DNA of 64,000 nt, from positions 37,944,001-38,008,000 of the forward strand of contig OZ024753.1 in assembly GCA_964016885.1 (NCBI GenBank), read 5' to 3'. Both the position numbers and the translations under genes were made by a program. Positions 11,101 to 23,381 of this stretch are shown here, one piece after another (within the stretch, counting starts at the first letter, position 1; each line of letters starts with the position of its first letter). Below the pieces are notes generated by a model. That model did not search any database, was not told the DNA's origin, and saw nothing but the letters and a program-made list of their open reading frames with translations. This DNA comes from Eledone cirrhosa. Taxonomy: Eukaryota.

Positions 11101-13530
11101 TGGTCATAGAGGACCAGGGTTTAGTTGGTTGTAGAGGACCAGGCTTTAGCTGGTCGTAGAGGACGAGGGTTTAGCTGGTCGTATAGGACCAGGGTTTAGC
11201 TGGCCATAGAGGATCAGGATTTAGCTGACTGTAGAGGACTGGGGTTTAGCTGGTCATACAGGACCACGTTTAGCTGGCTGGAGAGGACCAGGGTTTACCT
11301 GGTCGTATAGGACTTTTAGCCAACCATAGTGGACCAGTATACGTCCTTAAACTGGTCCTTTCGCTCTCTAAGCAGACACTGACTATGGTTTAGCTGGCCA
11401 TAGAGGACCAGAGTTTAGTTGGCTGAAGAGGACCAGGGTTTAGCTGGCTGAAGAGGACCAGGGTTTAGCTGGCTGTAGAGGACCAGGGTCTACCTGGTCG
11501 TATAGGACTTTTAGCCAACCGTAGTGGACCAGTATACGTCCTTAAACTGGTCCTTTCGCTCTCTAAGCAGACACTGACTATGGTTTAGCTGGCTGTAGAG
11601 GACCAAGGAGAGCCTACAAGCAAACCACGCCCTAAAGCCGTTACTTTCACTCTGTAAACTGGCATCATCCAGAGTGTAGCTAGACGTAGAGGACCAGAGT
11701 TTAACTGGTCGTATAGAACAAGGGTTTAGCGGGACCTATGAGAGCCTATAAGCAAACCACGCGCTAAATCCGTTTCTTTCAACCACTAACCTTGCATTGA
11801 CCCAAGTGTAGCTAGCCATTGGCCATAGAAAATCCTAGAAGTTTACACCCTTTAACTGGTCCTTTCGCCCTCTAAACAGACAGTGACTATGGTTTAGCTA
11901 GACGTAGAGGACCCTACAAGAAGTATACCACCTTAAAGTGATTATTTCGCCCTCCCAACTGGCATTGACGGAGTTTTAGCTGGCCATAGAGGACCAGGGT
12001 TTAGCTGGCCATAGAGGACCAAGGTTTAGCTGGCCATAGAGGACCAAGGCTTAGGTGGTCGTATACGACCAGGGTTTAGCTGGTCTTATAAGACCAGGGT
12101 TTAGCTGGCCATAGAGGACAAAGGTTTAGCTGGCCGTAGAGAACCAAGGTTTAGCTGGTAGTATAGGACCAGGGTTTAGCTGGCCGTAGAGGACCAGGCT
12201 TTAGCTGGTCGTATAGGACCAGTCTTTAGCTGGTCGTATAGGACCAGGGTTTAGCTGGCCGTAGAGGACCAGGCTTTAGCTGGTCGTATAGGACCAGTCT
12301 TTAGCTGGTCGTATAGGACCAGGGTTGAGCTGGCCGTAGAGGACCAGGCTTTAGCTGGTCGTATAGGACCAGTCTTTAGCTGATCGTATAGGACCAGTCT
12401 TTAGCTGATCGTATAGGACCAGGCTTTAGCTGGTCGTAGAGGACCAGGGTTTAGTTGGTCGTAGAGGACCAAGGTTTAGGTGGTCGTAGAGGACCAGGCT
12501 TTAGCTGGTCGTAGAGGACGAGGGTTTAGCTGTTCGTAGAGGACCAGGGTTTAGCTGGCCGTAGAGGACCAGGCTTTAGCTGGTCGTATAGGACCAGTCT
12601 TTAGCTGATCGTATAGGACCAGGCTTTAGCTGGTCGTAGAGGACGAGGGTTTAGTTGGTCGTAGAGGACCAAGGTTTAGGTGGTCGTAGAGGACCAGGCT
12701 TTAGCTGGTCGTAGAGGACGAGGGTTTAGCTGTTCGTAGAGGACCAGGGTTTAGTTGGTCGTAGAGGACCAAGGTTTAGGTGGTCGTATAGGACCAGGGT
12801 TTAGCTGGCCGTAGAGGACCAGGCTTTAGCTGGTCGTATAGGACCAGTCTTTAGCTGATCGTATAGGACCAGTCTTTAGCTGATCGTATAGGACCAGGCT
12901 TTAGCTGGTCGTAGAGGACCAGGGTTTAGTTGGTCGTAGAGGACCAAGGTTTAGGTGGTCGTAGAGGACCAGGCTTTAGCTGGTCGTAGAGGACGAGGGT
13001 TTAGCTGTTCGTAGAGGACCAGGGTTTAGAGGACTGGGGTTTAGCTGGTCATACAGGACCACGTTTAGCTGGCTGGAGAAGACCAGGGTTTACCTGGTCG
13101 TATAGGACTTTCAGCCAACCGTAGTGGACCAGTATACGTCCTTAAACTGGTCCTTTCGTTCTCTAAGCAGACACTGACTATGGTTTAACTGGCTGAAGAG
13201 GACCAAGGTATAGCTGGTCGTATAGGACCAGGGTTTAGCTGGTCGTAGATCATTAAAAATGCTTTTTTAGCTTGCTATCAAACGATCTACCACATTTTAT
13301 CTGGCAGTCATGTGAGAAATAAATGCCCTAAAACTGTCTCTTTCACTTGTGAAGGTAGTATTCACTGAGGTTAACCTGCTGCAGAAGATTCTATGAGAAG
13401 TATATACCCTGAAAATGCTTTTTTCATCTTCTAACTTTGCATTGATCATGGTTTAGTTGGACGTAGGAAATATTTTCAAAAATACATGCCCTAAAACGAC
13501 TCTGCAGCAAACGTTTATCATGGTTTAGAT
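8160..13530. repeat. Complex satellite: arrays of 25-bp unit TTTAGCTGGTCGTAGAGGACCAGGG interleaved with diverged ~80-bp monomers
   Basis: Three 25-bp arrays (about 8810-9280, 9710-11320, 11980-13110) separated by 80-bp-monomer cassettes; no ORFs in any frame. Confidence 0.95.
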
Positions 13531-13737
13531 ATAATAAAAAATGATACATGTAAATGATTTTATAAATACAATTTATTTATCTTTAAACAATTTTCTTGTG
13601 ACAAACATGTTATATATATATATCTGTATTCCGATTGAATTACTTCCATTCATTTCGTCTGCATATATATTTTTTCAACAAATAATTAAAAATATAGATT
13701 ACTTACCTCCATATAGACGTCAGTCCAGTTTATAGTT

Positions 13738-14130
13738 TTCCCTACCTGTTAGTTTGCCTGCTATCCAACTACATCTCTTGTGTAGCAAGATCTGCATTGT
13801 GTACATTTTACAGAATTTATGCCAACTCCTTTCCTACATATTGAACATGACCATTTCCCTGATGTAATCAGAGTTTTGTCCCCTTTTCTACGTTCACTCT
13901 CAGTCCTCTTGATTCCAACTGCTGTTTCCATAGCCAGAATTTATTATCTAGCCCCTCAACAAAAGCTAAGTATAGTGGCTTATTCTTCTCTAAGAACATC
14001 TCTTGCAGTTGTCTCACTAAGAAGAGGGCATCTGTTGTACTTCTATGCAAATCTGAAATCAAGGCCAGGTGATCATGTGTTACTGCCACGCCCACTAGTG
14101 TTAGCTGGACACTTTTTGACATGTCTCCAA
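13738..14130 (-). mobile_element. RTE LINE fragments (same family as the intact copy at 54464-57580)
   Basis: STTDALFLVRQLQEMFLEKNKPLYLAFV and NKFWLWKQQLESRGLRVN match the intact ORF; multiple internal deletions. Confidence 0.85.
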
Positions 14131-14234
14131 CATGACCCTTTAACAGGTTGGGCTGGGTGTTTCTGTTGTATATTCAACACGCCTTCACAGGTTGGGCTGG
14201 GCACTTTTTATTTTGTCTCCAACATGACCCCTTC

Positions 14235-15725
14235 ACCATTTGTATCTATATATCACCCTATGTGACACAGATTCCTCAGCCTGTTCCACTTGAGGCAACA
14301 TATTGTACCAGAACACTGCCTTCATCGTTCGATGGCGTCTCTCCACAATCCCATTTACTCTAGGCCTGTATGCTGCTCTGAAGAGGTGGCTTACATTCCA
14401 CTCGTCAAGCACCTCCAACAATATCTCTCTCAGTATCCGTGCAATTTCCTCTGCAGTCCCCTATTTTCATCTCCCTCCTTATTGCCATCTGTCCCAGCCT
14501 ACAATCAACCATCGAGAAATACGTCCCCTGTTGCTAGTATGTTACATCCACTGCCAATTGCTTCCAGTTGTGCTCCACTGGGATGTTACCAATCTTGTGC
14601 ACGCCTGGAACAGGGTTGATAGACTGGCATGTTGTAACTCCTGACCACTCTGTCTGCTAACATTGGAGTTGACTTTCCTGGCTAGGAATAGGGTCTTATC
14701 CACTCACATATGATGCATGGTATGCAACCTCCTCCACTCTGAGTCATTCAGCTATCCCCTTTTCCACATCATCTGGCGCTTCCAACCTGGTTAAGATGTC
14801 TGCCCTATTTTTCTCCACGGGTAAAGAGACCACACTCAACTTCAGGTCGAACACATCAGCCAGCTTTCCAAGAGTTTTCGGGCAGCCCCTCTCGTTTGCA
14901 CGCTTTTCTCACTAATCTTACTCATCTAAGTACAGTGACCAAATTAGTACAAATATCTATGATGCACAGCCTCCATCTCAGGGTGTCAATGTGTTTACAG
15001 TCTTCCTGAACCAGGTTACATCCTCAACACCACCAGTGACATCACACTAAATTTCCTCTTACTGGGTCATCCGCCTTACCCTCTCCAAGATCTCCTCCCC
15101 CCCATCAATGCCACTGTCCTTTCTCCTACCCTGTTGCTCAAACTCAACCTGTCCACTCATCTCTTGACATAGCTGCAGGCCTCCATGCAATTGGATAGTG
15201 GCCCAACAATTTCCCATACATTGAGAAAAGTTTTCATTTGTCCATGTTGGTGCCCACGTCTGGGACTTCACTTCCCCTCTGAAATACCAGTGCGCCTGTC
15301 TTGTCTCTTTGCAGCTCCATCGCCTCTGGCAGTTTTGCGGTTAACCTGAACCTTCCTAATTGGCCTGCCTGCTTGCATTGGTAGCAAACTATATCTGGCT
15401 TTGGCAGTTCCTTGCCCTGCGCCTCGTGTCGCTATATATAGGTCTGTGTAATTAGCTCACTCATAGTAATTTTTCTGTTGGAGCTTCGCCAAAATCTCAC
15501 TGTGAATGTCATCTTGACAGCCCTTTCAATGTTTTCTCCTGTCAACTTGTCTAGCGTAGCCAACCGCTGTATTTCTGCTACAAATACGCCCACCTACTCT
15601 CCTGCCATCTTAATTTGCTTAACTTGGCAAAAGCAGCATAAGTGAATGCTTCCTTAAGACATTCAATTTTCTTCGAGTTCAGTTGGTCTGACTCATCCAT
15701 CTGGAGGTATAATGTTAGTGCATTG
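14235..15725 (-). mobile_element. Decayed Gypsy/Ty3-like LTR retrotransposon internal region
   Basis: Integrase motif WNVSHLFRAAYRPRVNGIVER(R)HRTMK; gag zinc-knuckle remnant (DIVCYQCKQAG) near 15360-15395. Confidence 0.65.
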
Positions 15726-17353
15726 TTGTTGGCACCAACGCTAGATAGGTTGCTGGTCCTTGTTACAACAGATGAACCCTTTCTGCTCTGAGGAAGTGGG
15801 AGTTATAAAAGGGAAATAAGTATGAAATTATGACAAGTGTGGTGTGATTTGACAGTGATGAATGACAAAACATAGAAAAAACAAATTTCACCTCTAACAC
15901 TAGGTGGGAGTAATTGTAAAAAATAACCGCATTTTGTTTATGTGGAGCTTTGTTTCTTAACGAGTGTTAAACAAATAGTTATGAAATTTATATTGAAGAT
16001 GAGTTGAACGCTAGTTACACAACTGAATAACATCTACACGTAGTGTCAGAGAAGTGGTAGCCGTTCATTGCTAAACATAGCAGCTGTATCTCCCTCAAAT
16101 TACACTACTCTATATTCTATTAAAAAGTGACGTATTACAAAATGTTCTAGAAATACAATGTCAGAAATACTAAACACCACGAGATAGTCACGGTTGGAAT
16201 ATCTAAGAACAAAAAGAAACCAGCTTCGATAGTCTGACATGACAGACACCGAGAAATGAATTTCTTTGAGAAAAATATTACACCCATCACAACCCTAAAA
16301 AAACACACTATAAATAAAGAAAATATTAAATAAATGGGTAAAAATAAATTACATAAACTCACATTTGCATTCAAGAAGTTTGGTGTGACAACGAAGTTCT
16401 ATCGTTGTTGGTGGCTCGTTTTACTAAAATATTACCCAATATTAATAAATGTACATGAATATTACAGCAGCTTAGCTTCACTCTTACCTGCTACAAAGTC
16501 GTGAATGATTTGACTTGCCATTAAAATTATTCAGAAGGAAACACCAATATTTTCTGTTGCAATGTGTTATTGGGGGTGTGTCGGTCTTATAATGTTTTGT
16601 TTGTAATTTTTACCTTTCCTTATTTCTATTTTTTAAAATATATTTATCATGTTCGATAGATAAGTTACTTATGAACGTTGAAATAGTTAATATATTATAT
16701 ATGTATTGATACCTTAACATTATATATTATTACGTACCTCTATATATAGGTATGCATGCACATACAGTATAACAAAAACGCCCAGTAAAGTGGTCGTTCT
16801 AAAGCTTGTAATGGCTGAATTTTCGTTGTACCAACATTAGATAGGTTGTTGGTCAGATTAACCCTCAGACAATAAATATGAAGTTACGACAACTTTGGTA
16901 TGTAACTGGGGGTGTGTCGGTCTTATCACGTTTTGTTTGTAAATTTTACGTTTCCTTATTTCTACAATTAATTTCTCTCTATATATATATTCGTTAGATA
17001 AATTACTTATGGACGTTAAAATAGTTAATATACTATAGAAAACAATGTTTAGTTTTGTAATAATTACGTGAATGTTAAACTTCTCTGCAACACGTGCTTT
17101 CTTTCAAAGTTAGCCTCACATTCTCAGTCGTATTTTCGTATTAGTCATACATTCTCAGATACGTTCTCATATTTATTTAGTATAATTGATATAGAACAAA
17201 GTTAATTAAACATATTTCTATTTAATTATATAATTTTTGCAATTGAAAATAATAAAATTAAGTAACGAAAATGAGGGAGCAGCCAATCCTAGACAGTGGT
17301 GGCCATAACTGGACCCTGAAATCCAAACATTGCGCATGCATACACAAACACAC

Positions 17354-17362
<9 letters not shown>

Positions 17363-17384
<22 letters not shown>

Positions 17385-17615
17385 TATATATACATATATA
17401 TACATATATATAATATACAGACATATATATAATATATATATATTATATATAATATACATATATATATATATTATATACATAATATACATATATATATATA
17501 TTATATACATAATATACATATATATATATATTATATACATAATATACATATATATATATATTATATACATAATATACATATATATATATATATTATATAC
17601 ATAATATACATATAT
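17363..17615. repeat. TA-rich ~30-bp minisatellite/microsatellite
   Basis: TATATATATATTATATACATAATATACATA repeats; forms the duplication junction. Confidence 0.9.
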
Positions 17616-17829
17616 TGGTGGGTGGTATTTGACGATGAGGGAGGGATTCGATCTATGTTTTTTTTCCTCTTTAGACCAGTGGATTAATAATTTTCTTATG
17701 AAAATTTGTATTTTGAAAGAATTACCTCCATTAATTTCGTTTACATTTTAAAAAAATGAATAATCACTTACCTCCGTATAGGCGACAGTCCAGTAACATT
17801 ATTGCCGTGCTCTAATCTGGTACTGACCT

Positions 17830-20800
17830 GCATTTAGTTGGACGTAGGACATTCTAAAGGGTGTGCTAAATCCGTTACTTTCACCTACTAACCTCACATT
17901 GACCGAGTTTTAGCTGGCCGTAGAGGACCAGGGTTTAGCTGGCCCTAGGAGAGCCTACAAGCAAACTATGTGCTAAAACCGTTACTTTCAATCTCTAACC
18001 TGGCATCATCCAGGGTTTAGCTGGCCATAGAGGAACCTGCGAGAAGAACACGTCATTAAACTGTATGATTCACCCTCACACTTAGAGAATCCTAGAAGTT
18101 TACACCCTTAAACTGGTCCTTTCGCTCTCTAAGCAGACACTGACTATGGTTTAGCTGGCCGTAGAGGAGGCTACAAGAAGTATGTCCTTAAAGTGATTAT
18201 TTCGCCCTCTCAACTGGCATTGACCGAATTTTAGCTGGCCGTAGAGGACCAGGGTTTAGCTGGTCATATAGGACCACGTTTAGCTGGCTGGAGAGGATCA
18301 GAGTTTACCTGGTCGTGTAGGACTTTTAGCCAGCCGTCGTGTACCAGTATACGTCCTTAAACTGGTCCTTTCGCTCTCTAAGCAGACACTGACTATGGTT
18401 TAGCTAAACGTAGAGGACCCTACAAGAAGTATACCACCTTAAAGTGATTATTTCGCCCTCCCAACTGGCATTGACGGAGTTTTAGCTGGCCATAGAGGAC
18501 CAGGGTTTAGCTGGCCATAGAGGACCAAGGTTTAGGTGGTCGTATACGACCAGGGTTTAGCTGGTCGTAGAGGACCAGGGTTTAGCTGGTCGTATAGGAC
18601 CAGGGTTTAGCTGGTCGTATAGGACCAGGGTTTAGCTGGCCGTAGAGGACCAGGGTTTAGCTGGTCGTATAGGACCAGGCTTTAGCTGGTCGTAGAGGAC
18701 CAGGGTTTAGCTGGCCGTAGAGGACCAGGCTTTAGCTGGTCGTATAAGACCAGGCTTTAGCTGGTCGTAGAGGACGAGGGTTTAGCTGGTCGTAGAGGAC
18801 CAAGGTTTAGGTGGTCGTAGAGGACCAGGTTTTAGCTGGTCGTAGAGGACGAGGGTTTAGCTTGTCATAGAGGACGAGGGTTTAGCTGGCCGTAGAGGAT
18901 CAGGGTTTAGCTGACTGTAGAGGACTGGGGTTTAGCTGGTCATACAGGACCAGAGTTTAGTTGGCTGTAGAGGACCAAGGAGAGTCTACAAGCAAACCAC
19001 GCCCTAAAGCCGTTACTTTCACTCTGTAAACAGGCATCATCCAGAGTGTAGCTAGACCTAGTGGACCAGAGTTTAACTGGTCGTATAGAACAAGGATTTA
19101 GCGGGACCTATGAGAGCCTATAAGCAAACCACGCGTTAAATCCGTTTCTTTCACCCACTAACCTTGCATTGACCCGAGTGTAGCTAACCGTTGAGGAACC
19201 TGCAAGTAGTATACGTCATTAAACTGTTTGACTCACCCTCATACTTGGCCATAGAAAATCCTAGAAGTTTACACCCTTTAACTGGTCCTTTCGCTCTCTA
19301 AACAGACAGTGACTATGGTTTAGCTAGACGTAGAGGACCCTACAAGAAGTATACCACCTTAAAGTGATTATTTCGCCCTCCCAACTGGCATTGACCGAGT
19401 GTTAGCTGGCCATAGAGGACCAGGGTTTAGCTGGCCATAGAGGACCAGGGTTTAGCTGGCCATAGAGGACCAGGGTTTAGCTGGCCATAGAGGACCAGGG
19501 TTTAGCTGGACATAGAGGACCAAGGTTTAGCTGGACATAGAGGACCAGGGTTTAGCTGGCCATAGAGGACCAGGGTTTAGCTGGACATAGAGGACCAAGG
19601 TTTAGCTGGTCGTAGAGGACCAGGGTTTAGCTGGTCGTAGAGGACCAGGGTTTAGCTGGTCGTAGAGGACCAGGGTTTAGCTGGTCGTAGAGGACCAGTG
19701 TTTAGCTGGTCGTAGAGGACCAGTGTTTAGCTGGTCGTATAGGACCAGCGTTTAGCTGGTCGTATAGGACCAGCGTTTAGCTGGCCATAGAGGACCAAGG
19801 TTTAGCTGGCCGTAGAGGACCAAGCTTTAGCTGGTCGTATAGGACCAGGGTTTAGCTGGCCGTAGAGGACCAGGGTTTAGCTGGGCGTAGAGGACCAGGG
19901 TATAGCTGGCCGTAGAGGACCAGGCTTTAGCTGGTCGTAGAGGACCAGGCTTTAGCTGGTCGTATAGGACCAGGCTTTAGCTGGTCGTATAGGACCAGGC
20001 TTTAGCTGGTCGTAGAGGACCAGGGTTTAGTTGGTCGTAGAGGACCAGGGTTTAGTTGGTCGTAGAGGACCAGGGTTTAGTTGGTTGTAGAGGACCAAGG
20101 TTTAGGACCAGTCTTTAGCTGGTCGTATAGGACCAGGCTTTAGCTGGTCGTATAGGACCAGGCTTTAGCTGGTCGTATAGGACCAGGCTTTAGCTGGTCA
20201 TAGAGGACCAGGGTTTAGTTGGTTGTAGAGGACCAGGCTTTAGCTGGTCGTAGAGGACGAGGGTTTAGCTGGTCGTATAGGACCAGGGTTTAGCTGGCCA
20301 TAGAGGATCAGGATTTAGCTGACTGTAGAGGACTGGGGTTTAGCTGGTCATACAGGACCACGTTTAGCTGGCTGGAGAGGACCAGGGTTTACCTGGTCGT
20401 ATAGGACTTTTAGCCAACCATAGTGGACCAGTATACGTCCTTAAACTGGTCCTTTCGCTCTCTAAGCAGACACTGACTATGGTTTAGCTGGCCATAGAGG
20501 ACCAGAGTTTAGTTGGCTGAAGAGGACCAGGGTTTAGCTGGCTGAAGAGGACCAGGGTTTAGCTGGCTGTAGAGGACCAGGGTTTACCTGGTCGTATAGG
20601 ACTTTTAGCCAACCGTAGTGGACCAGTATACGTCCTTAAACTGGTCCTTTCGCTCTCTAAGCAGACACTGACTATGGTTTAGCTGGCTGTAGAGGACCAA
20701 GGAGAGCCTACAAGCAAACCACGCCCTAAAGCCGTTACTTTCACTCTGTAAACTGGCATCATCCAGAGTGTAGCTAGACGTAGAGGACCAGAGTTTAACT

Positions 20801-22680
20801 GGTCGTATAGAACAAGGATTTAGCGGGACCTATGAGAGCCTATAAGCAAACCACGCGCTAAATCCGTTTCTTTCAACCACTAACCTTGCATTGACCCAAG
20901 TGTAGCTAGCCATTGGCCATAGAAAATCCTAGAAGTTTACACCCTTTAACTGGTCCTTTCGCCCTCTAAACATACAGTGACTATGGTTTAGCTAGACGTA
21001 GAGGACCCTACAAGAAGTATACCACCTTAAAGTGATTATTTCGCCCTCCCAACTGGCATTGACGGAGTTTTAGCTGGCCATAGAGGACCAGGGTTTAGCT
21101 GGCCATAGAGGACCAAGGTTTAGCTGGCCATAGAGGACCAAGGCTTAGGTGGTCGTATACGACCAGGGTTTAGCTGGTCTTATAAGACCAGGGTTTAGCT
21201 GGCCATAGAGGACAAAGGTTTAGCTGGCCGTAGAGAACCAACGTTTAGCTGGTAGTATAGGACCAGGGTTTAGCTGGCCGTAGAGGACCAGGCTTTAGCT
21301 GGTCGTATAGGACCAGTCTTTAGCTGGTCGTATAGGACCAGGGTTTAGCTGGCCGTAGAGGACCAGGCTTTAGCTGGTCGTATAGGACCAGTCTTTAGCT
21401 GGTCGTATAGGACCAGGGTTTAGCTGGCCGTAGAGGACCAGGCTTTAGCTGGTCGTATAGGACCAGTCTTTAGCTGATCGTATAGGACCAGGCTTTAGCT
21501 GGTCGTAGAGGACCAGGGTTTAGTTGGTCGTAGAGGACCAAGGTTTAGGTGGTCGTAGAGGACCAGGCTTTAGCTGGTCGTAGAGGACGAGGGTTTAGCT
21601 GTTCGTAGAGGACCAGGGTTTAGCTGGCCGTAGAGGACCAGGCTTTAGCTGGTCGTATAGGACCAGTCTTTAGCTGATCGTATAGGACCAGGCTTTAGCT
21701 GGTCGTAGAGGACGAGGGTTTAGTTGGTCGTAGAGGACCAAGGTTTAGGTGGTCGTAGAGGACCAGGCTTTAGCTGGTCGTAGAGGACGAGGGTTTAGCT
21801 GTTCGTAGAGGACCAGGGTTTAGTTGGTCGTAGAGGACCAAGGTTTAGGTGGTCGTAGAGGACCAGGCTTTAGCTGGTCGTAGAGGACGAGGGTTTAGCT
21901 GTTCGTAGAGGACCAGGGTTTAGCTGGCCGTAGAGGACCAGGCTTTAGCTGGTCGTATAGGACCAGTCTTTAGCTGATCGTATAGGACCAGGCTTTAGCT
22001 GGTCGTAGAGGACGAGGGTTTAGTTGGTCGTAGAGGACCAAGGTTTAGGTGGTCGTAGAGGACCAGGCTTTAGCTGGTCGTAGAGGACGAGGGTTTAGCT
22101 GTTCGTAGAGGACCAGGGTTTAGAGGACTGGGGTTTAGCTGGTCATACAGGACCACGTTTAGCTGGCTGGAGAAGACCAGGGTTTACCTGGTCGTATAGG
22201 ACTTTCAGCCAACCGTAGTGGACCAGTATACGTCCTTAAACTGGTCCTTTCGTTCTCTAAGCAGACACTGACTATGGTTTAACTGGCTGAAGAGGACCAG
22301 GGTTTAGCTGGCTGAAGAGGACCAGGGTTTAGCTGGCTGTAGAGGACCAAGGTATAGCTGGTCGTATAGGACCAGGGTTTAGCTGGTCGTAGATCATTAA
22401 AAATGCTTTTTTAGCTTGCTATCAAACGATCTACCACATTTTATCTGGCAGTCATGTGAGAAATAAATGCCCTAAAACTGTCTCTTTCACTTGTGAAGGT
22501 AGTATTCACTGAGGTTAACCTGCTGCAGAAGATTCTATGAGAAGTATATACCCTGAAAATGCTTTTTTCATCTTCTAACTTTGCATTGATCATGGTTTAG
22601 TTGGACGTAGGAAATATTTTCAAAAATACATGCCCTAAAACGACTACTCTGCAGCAAACGTTTATCATGGTTTAGATATA
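17830..22680. repeat. Complex 25-bp/80-bp satellite, copy 2
   Basis: Same architecture as 8160-13530; the middle array is about 600 bp shorter. Confidence 0.95.
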
Positions 22681-22884
22681 ATAAAAAATGATACATGTAA
22701 ATGATTTTATAAATACAATTTATTTATCTTTAAACAATTTTCTTGTGACAAACATGTTATATATATATATCTGTATTCCGATTGAATTACTTCCATTCAT
22801 TTCGTCTGCATATATATTTTTTCAACAAATAATTAAAAATATAGATTACTTACCTCCATATAGACGTCAGTCCAGTTTATAGTT

Positions 22885-23277
22885 TTCCCTACCTGTTAGT
22901 TTGCCTGCTATCCAACTACATCTCTTGTGTAGCAAGATCTGCATTGTGTACATTTTACAGAATTTATGCCAACTCCTTTCCTACATATTGAACATGACCA
23001 TTTCCCTGATGTAATCAGAGTTTTGTCCCCTTTTCTACGTTCACTCTCAGTCCTCTTGATTCCAACTGCTGTTTCCATAGCCAGAATTTATTATCTAGCC
23101 CCTCAACAAAAGCTAAGTATAGTGGCTTATTCTTCTCTAAGAACATCTCTTGCAGTTGTCTCACTAAGAAGAGGGCATCTGTTGTACTTCTATGCAAATC
23201 TGAAATCAAGGCCAGGTGATCATGTGTTACTGCCACGCCCACTAGTGTTAGCTGGACACTTTTTGACATGTCTCCAA
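22885..23277 (-). mobile_element. RTE LINE fragments (duplicate)
   Basis: Duplicate of 13738-14130. Confidence 0.85.
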
Positions 23278-23381
23278 CATGACCCTTTAACAGGTTGGGC
23301 TGGGTGTTTCTGTTGTATATTCAACACGCCTTCACAGGTTGGGCTGGGCACTTTTTATTTTGTCTCCAACATGACCCCTTC

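Larger units (their letters stand above)
7946..17615. repeat. Tandem segmental duplication, copy 1
   Basis: Sequence starting TGGTGGGTGGTATTTGACG recurs at 17616; the ORF track repeats at an offset of 9147 (13541 vs 22688). Confidence 0.95.

Noticed and set aside
8810-13110. Telomere-like AGGGTTTAG words; possible C2H2 zinc-finger or other coding repeat
   Set aside because: The word is a single linker per 25-bp unit, not a tandem telomeric array. Periods of 25 and 80 bp with stops close all frames.
8160-13530. CRISPR-like appearance (palindromic repeats with intervening sequences)
   Set aside because: Most units are head-to-tail without spacers, the intervening segments are homologous to each other, the context is eukaryotic and there are no cas genes.
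13819-14644. Plus-strand ORFs of 148, 109 and 113 aa (duplicated at 22966-23791)
   Set aside because: Antisense to RTE and Gypsy remnants; the apparent conservation is due only to the segmental duplication.
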